From Lepidodermella squamata (lineage: Eukaryota > Animalia > Gastrotricha), in NCBI GenBank assembly GCA_047495785.1, contig JBLDXI010000055.1, positions 1,054,001 through 1,118,000 of the forward strand: a stretch of 64,000 bases of DNA. Direction: 5' to 3'. A program made the translations under genes and the position numbers. Under the pieces are notes generated by a model. That model was given only the letters and a program-made list of their open reading frames with translations, was not told the origin of the DNA and made no database searches. Shown one piece after another: positions 36,067 through 47,000 of this stretch (position 1 is its first letter; the number at the start of each line of letters is the position of its first letter).

Positions 36067-38365
36067 CTAGAAGCCATCTGCTTCCAGAAGGGCACAATCG
36101 GTTGCGGCTGATGAAGAGGACTGCGACGATTTCGGTTCTGAGATTTCAGCCCCAGAGGCATCATCCAAGTCATCGGGCAGCCAACGTGGGCTCGAAGCGC
36201 CTTGGTTGGAGTTATAGTTGAACGAATCAAGCCCATTAGCCGCGTTATTGCTTTTACAGCCGAAGTCAAAGTCGTCCTAGATATTGACGGAAAAGTTTTG
36301 GCTATGATATTCTTGTTATCGATGGTTTTATACCTCAAATTCACTTGACTCCTCTTCATTTGATGTGCCATTAGTTGAGACTGAGAAGGCCTCTCCTTGA
36401 GCTTCGCTATTTGGGTTAGCAAGCATTTCTTCAGGAAATACACGGAGATCACAAATGTTCGGCTTAGTCTTATGTTGATCGAGGGCAAGTGGTGACTGAG
36501 CATAACTGTAGCCATTGGACGACATATAGCCGCTCTGCCCCGAATTGGCATCGCGCCAAGATTCCATGAAAGCATTCGCACTGGATGACATGTTTACCGC
36601 AAAATCGTTAGCATGATCGTTGCTCATATCAGGCACAACAAAGCCATTCGCATGGTTATTGCCAATGCTATTTCCAGAATAGTAAGGCTAAAAAAATACG
36701 ATAATGATTCACACTTGAGTTAGCAAATAATAAATACCGAATGATTTGGGTCATAGCCCGTTTGGCCCGAACTCGAGCAATCCCATGCTGCATAAGTGTT
36801 GTCATCTCGATTCATATCGCTGTTCTGACTACTAACGCGGTCATCGGTTTCGTTAGACTGCGAACTAGCCGAAAACACAAATCGCTGCGTGGCATAACCA
36901 TTGTTTGAAAAATGGTTCAATGGAAAGGCAGCTGAATACTGATTTTGACTTGAGCTGAAAGCTGAATCATTTTGAGGATGATGAAAACTTGACTGCGATG
37001 AATCTGTGCTAAACGGTGGCGATGAAACACTCGAAGTGCTCCCGGCGTTGGAAGGTGGGGGCGTCAAGATTGAATTTCCACCGTTCATAGCCGAAGAGCT
37101 AGATTCCCCAGTTAAACATGAGCGCAAGGAATCTGAGCGTGAAATAGATCCCAGTCCGTTAGCATGAAAGGTGAAATTTTGCAATCCAGATCGGCTGTCG
37201 GGCATGAACATCGGAAACTGAGGAGTGAATCCGGCCAATCCCATCTGCGTTGGAATCCACGATGCAGGAACGTGTATACTGCTACCTTCGTTCCAAGGAA
37301 TCGCCCGCACCGTGTTAGAAGCAGAATGAGCAGGGTTAGGACTAGCAATGGCCCTTCCATCGCTAATCATGGGTTTACTAGCAGCCGCAACAAAGTTAGC
37401 ATAGTCGACCTGGCCGTTAGCCCTGATTTACAATTATATGTCAATTTATCAAAGTAATAAGCATCTACTCACAGGAATTGCTGATAAATCTGAGCAAACG
37501 TGTTGCCGCTGTCGCCCGTCATTGCATTACTCAATGATTCCGTATTCGGTACTGGCAGTCGCATCAAGTTCGCCAGCGCCAATTGAGTTGGTACCTTGCC
37601 ACGAGAACGCCGATTGGTGTTGTTGCGAGGAGCGCTCGGCTCGATGCTAGGGTTCATAGAAATGTGGCCATTGGCACTAAGCGATTGAACCTGCTGTAAA
37701 TCAATGAACCCTTGCGCTATTGCAGGGCCAGACATAGATGGGTTGAGATTATTCGTCAGCAACTGCTGCGGATTTCCAAACATAGCCGTCCCATTTGTAG
37801 CTTTGTTAACTGACTTGTTGATTTTTTCAGGCGCGTTTGGCCCTCTCCCACGAGGACGGTAATGATAATCAGGATATTTTCGCCTACGAAATTTCAAAAT
37901 AAGCTGGGTCAGTAAAGTATTATAAAATAATTGTAATAGGTAACCGATGATCTTCGCTGGCTAGCTTAGCTTTCCGGTAATAAACATCTTGCTCCTCTTT
38001 GTTGAGCTTACGCCACACAGCGCCTAAACGTTTGCTCAGCTCCTTGTTCTGAAGTAGGGGAAACCGTTTGCGCATTTCAGTCCGATTTTCGTTGGAAAAT
38101 ATCATGAACGCGTTCATCGGGCGGGGAATACGCTTGGGCGAAGCCGCTTTCTTGGAAGGAGCGCATCGTGGAGCAGGCGTCGAAGCTTCGGTAAGAAGAA
38201 CACTATAGCTGTAAGCCAAGCGAAAGAAAAAATATTCAAACCAGACTGTTGATCAGATAAGTTTGTTCCGATATGAAATGCAGGTCCAGCAAAAGCAAGG
38301 GGCTGAAAACGCTTGACATCGCAATGTCCAATGTCATTAATAACACCTGCTTTTGTCTCTTCCAT
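36067..38365 (-). CDS. Sox-type HMG-box transcription factor, multi-exon, with a long Ser/Asn-rich C-terminus
   Basis: RIPRPMNAFMIFS..R......P...NKELSKRLGAVWRKL....Y...A.....HR|RKYPDYHYRPR; downstream exons are joined by short introns. Confidence 0.85.
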
Positions 38366-40313
38366 AGTGACAAAATCAAAATCAAACGCACTAGCATAAA
38401 TTGAAACTAATTATATGCCAGCATAATTCCCAGAAGTTATGCGTGCGAGTTACGCGTTAGCTTTACAGATCTACTGCAACATAGTTAACCATCTTGACGC
38501 TCTAAAAAACAGTTTTGATGTAAACTCAAGCGGAATGTTATACTTCTGTGAAACCATCGAGGTTAAAGTTATAAGCTCCAAATCTCGTTCATTTTTCTCA
38601 GCTTCAAAACCTTATAAAGTAAACGGAAGATGAGAAGCTGGGTGACACCTTAATAATAGTTCACTGAGTGAGAATTTTTAGATAAAAGGTATTCGATATA
38701 TTCGAAATAATTAACCGTGCTTGTGTTGATTCAAGATTGTTTGTCTCGATCACTCAGATTCGATTAAAGGTAATAGGTAACAGAAACTGTGAGCACACAT
38801 TATTTATTATCAGATAACTTGCAGATGATCAATTTTCAATTATGATTGACGGTACCGTGCCCTTCTCACACCTCATGCGCAGATGTTCACGATACACAAT
38901 TAATTGCTGGAGAGGAGATGATCATGATCTATCGACACGCGAAACGGATGACGGATGTACCTACAGCAGGTGCTAAGAATGTAGACTTAGCTTGTCGTAT
39001 GATTAGAGATCGGTGGCTCGGGGGCGAGCAAATAACATCATCCCCTCTTCTCACACAAGAAGAGTGCACAAGCCGTACATGAGAAAGGGACCCACGAAAC
39101 TTGACGTCCGCAGCAACCGCAACCCAAAGCCAGCGTTTTTTTGGCCCGCGCAAAATTTGGATTTTTTGTATCAAAAAATTTGTTTTTAATTATGAAATTT
39201 GTCTTTGATGATAAACATTATTTTACATTTTTTATATTTGAAGGAATTTTGTAATGTGACATACCACGTGACTTCAATACCGTCTTCTCTTCGCCAAAAA
39301 GAGGTGCAACTCACCACCACCTCACCTTGGCGCGCCTATCTGTGCCCGTAGGCTTGTCGAAGGCTTGTATCGAGCCTGTAGCATAATCGCCATCATCGTA
39401 ATCTTTATTTCACTTGTAGTATTGTAGAGTTCATGGCCTTTTCAGGTTGCGCCCTCCAGCCGTATCGCAAAGAATCTAAAAGTACACGTACACTCAGGCT
39501 TTCGAAAGGCTGAACAGGTGAAACGTACTTCCTGTTCGGTTTTAAGGTTTTGCTATATTTGAAAGAATTAGGTACTATTCGATTTGTTCCTTGCACTGGT
39601 CTTTTTTCTAATACGATTCCGTGATCCTTCTGGCTCTTAGGTCATTAGTCATGCTGTTTTTGTGTTGTTTCACTTATTTGCAATATTGCTTCAGAGTCAG
39701 ATAAGTCTTTTCGAAAATCTTGCCAATATTTTTCCATCATGATTAGGTTTGTTTCTATTGAAGTGATTAAATAGTCTATATTCAACAGTCAACCGCTTTC
39801 GGCAGCAATGTTTTCTTGCCAAATTGTTTAGTCTTCCGTCTTCTGGAGAACTTTTTCATATTTACAATGTTTCTCAATTAGGGTGGGTGTTATCAGGAGT
39901 TGATCTTAACGTGAGTATCGCATATTCCTCGTATGCCTATAAGCTATAACCAGTTTTCTGAAAAGTGGTGCTATTTGTATTGCTTCGAGGCCCGAGGCCG
40001 TCCGAAAATGTAGAAGTAGGTAAACGAAGAGTTCACAAAACCGAAAAGAATATTAGTAACTGATTCAAATCGCTCATCGTAAGAAGCTGTTCTGTCGCAT
40101 TTTCAACATTATTAACTTGGGTCGCAAAACCGAGTATTGGGAGCACCGTACTCTGTTCAGAGTCCGGATAACAGAAAAGTATTCATCAATTCGCTTGGTG
40201 TTGGTTTATGCGTCAATTTAACTCTTCGTTTGCTAGGAAATGGTTTTAGTGGATATTTTCTTGAATTTCGCTGTAATCACATAGGTTATACTTATCATTT
40301 GAGCTTAGTTGGC

Positions 40314-41035
40314 ATGGCGTCTGGACCACAGAGGTTAGCTATTTCTGTCTCTATGATTACATTATATATTTTTTGTTTCGTAAAAGGAGAGACATGCTGG
40401 AAAAAAACCGGAAAAAGAAAAGGAGAGAGCTTGCTGAGGAAGAGAAACAAGAAATTCGCGAAGCTTTTGAATTGTTTGACACTGACAAAGATAATTTTCT
40501 TGACTACCATGAATTCAAAGTTGCTTTGCGAGCCCTGGGATTTGAAGTGAAGAAAGCGGATGTGCTCAAAATTTTGCACGACTATGATCGAGATGAGTCT
40601 GGAAAAATCAACTTTGATGACTTCAACGAAGTTTGTAAGTTGAGTATCCCGTGGCTGTTTATCGCTTATGCCAAAATGCTTTGTGATCCTAGTAACTGAC
40701 ATGATTTTGGATCGCAACCCGGAGGAGGAAATTGTCAAAGCATTTAAACTTTTTGACGACGACGGCACTGGCAGGATCAGTTTGAATAATTTACGTCGCG
40801 TAGCCAAGTAAGTTTATTGAATAGCTTTGAAATTCAGCTAATAGGCTAGCAATTTTCAGGGAACTAGGCGAAAATCTGAGCACGGAAGAACTGCGAAGTA
40901 TGCTCGATGAATTCGACAAAGACGGCGATGGAGAAAGTATGACCCTTATGATTAAATAAGAATGGTTTTGACAAATATGTTTTTGCAGTTAGTCAAGAAG
41001 AATTCATCTCGATAATGACTGGCGAGAGTTGGTAG
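40314..41035 (+). CDS. CETN3: Centrin-3 (EF-hand), 5 exons
   Basis: [56 protein letters not shown] is the centrin-3/Cdc31 signature; also [10 protein letters not shown]. Confidence 0.93.
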
Positions 41036-41220
41036 CGATCCCATCCATCAAACAACTCTCAGGCTTTCCACATAATTCCAGTCGATTTTAATCACTGACT
41101 CGTTCTGATCTTTTGCACTAAGAATGCACTCTCCGATCTTTCGTTTCAGTTTTCAGCTCATTTTTGTTACGAAGAAATGTGTTTTCATTAATTCTTTCAT
41201 TTATTCTAGATACAATTTAA

Positions 41221-42081
41221 ATGAGTTCTATAGAAGAGCTGACCAAGTTAGATTTGTATCAACTCCTTGGGGTAACACCAGATGCTTCGGACAAGGATAT
41301 CACTAGAGCTTATAGGAAAGCCGCATTGAAATGCCATCCGGACAAAAACCCCGATAAAAAAGCTCACGAAGAATTCCAGCGTCTTGGAAAAATTTTGGAT
41401 CTTCTTTGCGATCCAGCGAAGAGAACGGCTTATGATCAAACATGGAAGGCGAAAAAAGCGGCAGCTGAAAGAGTAAGGCAGTTAGATTCTAAGCGCCGCA
41501 AACTTCGGGATGATTTGGAGGAAAGGGAGAGAGCTGCGGCCGATAAACTTAATGGAAAAACTTCGTCGGGAACGCTTTCGGAGAAAGAGCGAATCGAACT
41601 TCTGCGGGAAGAAAGTCGTAGGTTATTGGAAGCTGAAAGGATGGCGAGTTTGAACAAGCACATCGCACTCAATCGTCATGTCAAGGCAAAATGGAATGCT
41701 AGTCATGCAGAGCACGCCAGCTACAGCGAGGCCGAGCTGTCCAAAATGTTCAGTAAATATGGTCATATTGTGAGAATAAAGTTGGTCGGTCGGTCGTCAG
41801 CAATCATCGAGTTCGCGTCTAGAGACTCTGCATTGCATAGCATGCGCGAGTTGGGTCATGTTGAGAACCCTTTGGATCTAGATCTCCTGGACGACATCGA
41901 CGATAATTCGGAAATTTCTGAGCCAGCGGAGAAAAAAGACCCGATTTCAACTCAAAAGCGACCCCTGCAACATACTACTACCCCTGCCCCAACACAGTCT
42001 TTTTCGGATTTCGAGGCTGAAACTCTGCAGCGGTTAATGGCAGCTGCTGCTGCGAAAAAGAAAGCAGATGCGGCTACGTGA
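41221..42081 (+). CDS. DNAJC17: DnaJ homolog subfamily C member 17 (J domain plus RRM), intronless
   Basis: KAALKCHPDKNPD J domain, LDSKRRKLRDDLEERER, and an RRM with VKAKW...FSKYG...SAIIEF. Confidence 0.93.
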   Translation: MSSIEELTKLDLYQLLGVTPDASDKDITRAYRKAALKCHPDKNPDKKAHEEFQRLGKILDLLCDPAKRTAYDQTWKAKKAAAERVRQLDSKRRKLRDDLEERERAAADKLNGKTSSGTLSEKERIELLREESRRLLEAERMASLNKHIALNRHVKAKWNASHAEHASYSEAELSKMFSKYGHIVRIKLVGRSSAIIEFASRDSALHSMRELGHVENPLDLDLLDDIDDNSEISEPAEKKDPISTQKRPLQHTTTPAPTQSFSDFEAETLQRLMAAAAAKKKADAAT

Positions 42082-42226
42082 TAATCAAGTCAGGAAATAT
42101 TTGTTTGTTTTTTTACAACTTTGGTTTTCCACTGAATCTACCGGTTTTCTTTCAATAAATTGTTCGCTCTCCTAATTCTAGTTTTGCTCCAAAAAACCTA
42201 TAACTCGTGTGTAGAACAAGTCCAAA

Positions 42227-42700
42227 ATGAGGAGTAACTGTAATTTGATTTTTTCGGAAGGTTTTATCTTTTAATTGCTCAATCGTGGCTTCAGCTGCTT
42301 TCCGGAAGGAAGTTTTGGCCGCCTACGCGCGTCTGAACCGAGTTTCTCGGCAGGTTTTTGGTGAAGACAAAGAAACTTACAATTGTATGGCTTCATTCTT
42401 GATTATTTTAACTTGTCCAAATGGTGATATTCTAGTTTTCAGGAAGAAGCTCGGACAGGATTTCAGAGCTAACAAGGAGAAGAAATTGACGGAAAAGGAA
42501 GCTAACGACGTGAGTAAATTTTTTTTCCATCTTTCCATAATTTCAACTGAAATTATTTTTAGCTATTGAAAGCCGCTCGGGAAATTGAGACGATCATCAA
42601 GGCATATATTATTCCAGTGAAAGCTACCGAGCGCGGGACGTATAAACTGAACATTAAGCCGGATCATCTTCGAGGCGAAAATCCTCCACTATCGGATTGA
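42227..42700 (+). CDS. LYRM7: Complex III assembly factor LYRM7 (LYR motif); exons 42227-42233/42239, 42295-42384, 42436-42509, 42563-42700
   Basis: Spliced product EVLAAYARLNRVSRQVFGED...DFRANKE...LLKAAREIETIIKAYIIP..T..GTYKLNIKPDHL.ENPP matches the LYRM7/Mzm1 pattern; ~102-104 aa; introns 51-61 nt. Confidence 0.85.
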
Positions 42701-42705
42701 TTGCA

Positions 42706-43407
42706 ATGCTAACTTCTATTCAAAGTCGACTGGGCGAGTTCCAGTTTGTCCTGGCTAGTGCGTCACCTCGCCGCTTGAAACTTCTCGAAGAGTTAGCTGG
42801 CTTTAAAGACAATATAATTGTGATACCCTCAAAATTCAGCGAAAATTTGGATCAGAAATCATTTGCAAACAGTGCAGACTATGCAATCGCAACTTCGCTA
42901 GAAAAGGCACTGGAAGTTGCGGGAAGATCGTCACCCGAGTTATCTGTTCGTCACATCATTATTTCGGCCGATACGGTTGTTGAGTGCGATGGCAAGATTT
43001 TGGAAAAACCGGCAAATTCAGCAGAGTCTCACGCTATGATAAAAATGTTGAGCGGCCGAAGCCATTTCGTCCACACCGGTGTTACCCTCGGATTTTTCGA
43101 CCCCTCATTTCTAGAAAATTACGACGGAAAGGGAGCGGTGAGAGCCGTTGAATTACGGGGACAGAACAACCGGCTGCTGCATACGCTTACTTTCAGCGTT
43201 ACGACACGGGTTGAATTTTGTCAGCTCAGTGACGATATAATTTCTGGCTATGTCGCAACTGGCGAGGGATTAGACAAAGCTGGCAGCTACGGCATTCAGG
43301 GCGTTGGCAGCACGCTGATAGATTCTATTCAAGGCGATTTTTATAACGTTGTCGGCTTACCTTTGACTCGTTTGTGCCAAGAGATTTATCGCACGCTTCG
43401 AAAATAA
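42706..43407 (+). CDS. Maf-family nucleotide pyrophosphatase (ASMTL N-terminal-like dTTP/UTP pyrophosphatase), intronless
   Basis: VLASASPRR..LL, ISADTVV.DGKILEKP, LSGRSHFVHTGV, DKAGSYGIQG and GDFYNVVGLP. Confidence 0.93.
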   Translation: MLTSIQSRLGEFQFVLASASPRRLKLLEELAGFKDNIIVIPSKFSENLDQKSFANSADYAIATSLEKALEVAGRSSPELSVRHIIISADTVVECDGKILEKPANSAESHAMIKMLSGRSHFVHTGVTLGFFDPSFLENYDGKGAVRAVELRGQNNRLLHTLTFSVTTRVEFCQLSDDIISGYVATGEGLDKAGSYGIQGVGSTLIDSIQGDFYNVVGLPLTRLCQEIYRTLRK

Positions 43408-44013
43408 AATAAATTGTTCATTCGAGTTTTCTTCCGTTTTATTTCCGTTTCATCTTTCCGCAGTAAAACAAAGATAAGGGCACTTGGTAGCCAATTTTAT
43501 ATAAGGAATTTAAAATTTAGTAGGTTACTTCATTTTTTTTCATGTTATAATGAAGCTATATTAACAACAGTTTTGTCAGATCATTCGTCTTCCTTGCGAT
43601 TGATAGTGAAAAAAGTAATTCCATTTGCTCTGAGCTAGGCAATAACAACGGTTATATTATAGCGTTATAGTGCATTTAGCGTAGATTTTGCTGTGCTTTC
43701 GGACTACAATCAGGTTCATGCGAGAAACTGAAAAGATTTCATCAACATATTATAAGCTAACGCGTTCATGGTACGATTTGGCTTGACAGCTCAGCTTTTA
43801 CCTTTATAATGTTTTAGAATTTAGTGTCAAAATAATTATCGAGCAACCATTTGCTTTGTCATGTCTTTACAAAAGTTGCAATAAAAATTATGTACAGCCT
43901 CTCAAGGATGACTGAGTCGGTCGATAAAAAAATTAGAAAAATCTTTGATTTTCATAGCAAAGCATGTTCGCTGGCAAAATTACAAGGACTGAAAACAGGA
44001 TATGTATTAAATG

Positions 44014-47000
44014 CTATTGAAACCATCTAACTGATAGACGAGGAGTGTAGGTGTAGTTTCGATTGGGGGCGTTGTTCGGCAGCGAACCAGCACCGGCCTG
44101 CGATCCAACAGAGGCAGATCCTAACGAAGACGTCATGGTTTGTTGCTGCGATAAAAACGGCTGTTGCTGTTGCTGTTGATGCGACGAGTAACCATGATGC
44201 GATTGCTGCGCCTGTGATGGCACCAGCAACGGCCGGTTGGCTTGCATGGCAGTTGCTGAGGCCGGAGCGGCGTACAAGGACGGGTTGAGAACGCCAGGGG
44301 GTGGCGCCACCGTCGTTTGAGCACACATCGCCGCCATTGCTTGCATCGACTGTTGCTGCTGTGATTGGCCGTGATGGCCGTGTTGAACGCCATTCGACGT
44401 CACAGCAGTGGATTGAAGGGCAGCGGCTAACATTCGTTGTTGTTGCTGCTGTTGTTGCTGTTGAGTAGGCTGTTGCTGCTGGGTAGGCTGCTGTTGGGGG
44501 TCCTGCTGAACACCCGACGTTGGTCGCGTTGGTGGGTTGTTCGTTGTCTGAGAGGCGGTCGATCGAACGAGTACGGCCGGTCGACCTGCGAACATTTCGC
44601 ATTGCAGCCCCACAGACCGCCTGGGTGGGTGATAACGAGCGGCGCGAAGCCTACATGACAGCCGGATGAGCAAGACAGCCGCACCCAGCAGCAGACCAAC
44701 GCAGACGCCTAAAGCGGCAGTCGCGATAACAGGGTACGGATTCCCTAAAACAGAAAAACATGTTATTAGATTTCAATTACCGATCAATTTTAGGCTTCAG
44801 CTAAATCAAAGCTTCTAAAGGATCGACGATTCTTCCGCCTTAGTGTTTGAATATTATTATTTGAACGTCCAGATTTATCTAAAATTAAAAACGAACTTTG
44901 GATGTAGTCGAGTGCGAATAGCCAATCAGAGAATAATCGGAAGACGGATGACGGCTGATCGATGACCGACGACGACAACACTTGACTGGGCGGCGGTGGC
45001 GACGACGTTGGCGATGACGGTGATCGTGACGAACGTGAAGTTGTTGTCGGCTGGCGACGCTGCGAACCCCCGCCCGATGCGACTGCAGTGATAATCGACG
45101 AAGTAGGAACGGACGATGGCGAAGCACGGCCGTTGCTTACCGACTTCGTGGACGCCCGGTTCGGCTGAACGGGCGGAAAAGAGTTAAATGGCTGTTCGGC
45201 CGACGACTCTTCGTCCGGCTCTTCGTCGTCTTCGTCTACAACAAAAAAACAATAATTGAAATGAAGATTATTCAAAATTACAGAATATCGTGAATGAACA
45301 TGTGTGGCAAAGTACTAAGCAGGCGCGTAAAGGGAATTTTCAGTCAAATAACTGACAGGACTAGCCCCGTTGTCGTTAGCTGGCCGTGTTCGCTGGCGAT
45401 GACAGCCGGCCGCTAATGAAGACGCGCTGCGTGATGAAGTTACTAATAGCCTCATGATCGCCAGTCGACTAGCCGACGCGCGCGCTACTAAAGTGGCCGT
45501 GAGTTAGAGACCAAATAATCGTGAAATTTGGCAACTACGAGCACGAATCAACACACCAGCTTTTGGCATCAAGTTATTACATGCGCAATACATGAAAATA
45601 TCGATGAGCAACGAAGACGGCGAGAGGACGAGGGAGAGAAGTTAAATTAAATTGTGCGGGACGGATGATAACGAAACAGTGAGAATAGAAGTTGAGGCAT
45701 CAAAATCGATAGTGAGGCATTGTTGAAGGCGTTTGAACGCTGCCTCTCGAGTATCATCAAAACTAAGGCGCCACATTGTCGCCGCGCATTTTATTCTTGG
45801 CGCATGTAATGATGAGCGCGCGAATTCGATTTATTGCCAGCGCGCCAATATACTACTTCATCGCGCTGAACAACAATAATAACAGGAGCGATGAAATGTT
45901 TTCTTCATCCTGGAGCCGTAAACAAAAATGCTACGAAAAATACTTGTAGAGCAGCTTTATTGCGCGCTTCGATTGCCACTAGACGGCAATGAAATCTTAG
46001 CAGCGGCCACACGTTGCCAGGCTGTAAAAGTTTCCACTTCTCTAGTGCATGAGAAAAGCGCACCCGGCGTGATAATGTGGGAAAGTGATAACATGATGGT
46101 GATATAGCCGAAAACACGTGTAATAGATACGTCTGCTTGTATATTGTAAATTTTCGATGCGCTTCAATTGTTTATCATAGGCAACGGGCGGCTCGTACCA
46201 TACCAAACTTTAGTATTGCTAAAGGTGTTCTACAGCTATTTTGCGATTTATATACCTGGGTAAACATAAATCGCAAGATGAAGATCGGTTATTAATCGCG
46301 CGATCAGGAGACGGGCTATACAATGAAGCGAGGGAGAACGGAATAATAACGCGATTCTAGTAAATCAAAATAATAGTTACTATATAATCAGAAAGTCTGA
46401 TGAACATATTTTACGAAGTAATAGCAAAAGCCGCAAAAACAAAAACAATCATTCTGTTCTACGGCCGAGTTGGCTAAACAAAAAAGATGCGTACTGCGCT
46501 ATAAGCGGAAAGGCACTCGCCGTCTCGTAAACTTGGCCCAGAATTGCCTACGACAGGAGCGGAAATGAGGCACAAATTTCTATCGCGCTACGTAGAATAA
46601 TGCCAAAACAATGAGGTCAGATTTGGCTATTTTCGATCTGGTAAGATATTTTCGAATACTACACGCGAAAGAAATGTCCCTATTAGACGTGATAGGGAAG
46701 ATAAAATACGCTAGGGGAGGTGACGGAAAAGCGTTGGTATAGAGACAATGCATCGCCCGGCATTTTCGATTCATAACATTTCCAGACGAGACAATATAAT
46801 GCAGTTCTTTAATGTTTTTACTGTAAAACATATATTTTGGGAGCGGCGAACATATTTTCACGCTATGCTATTATTATCCTCATAGAATAGTAGTGACAAA
46901 ATCCTCTTCATCGCCGACCATCGCCCATTACTATAATTTATCGGCAGAGCTTCGAGCATTAAACACAACAAAAACAACACGGCCCCACAAAACATTGACG

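Noticed and set aside
40295-40807. 170-aa antisense ORF over CETN3 (and similar antisense ORFs over the sHSPs, DERA and MICU1)
   Set aside because: Shadow frames of real genes caused by codon bias; they cross introns and show no motifs.
42658-42705. Programmed -1 frameshift fusing LYRM7 to Maf
   Set aside because: The Maf frame is open back to 42658, but there is no canonical X XXY YYZ slippery heptamer, and both ORFs look complete as independent proteins.
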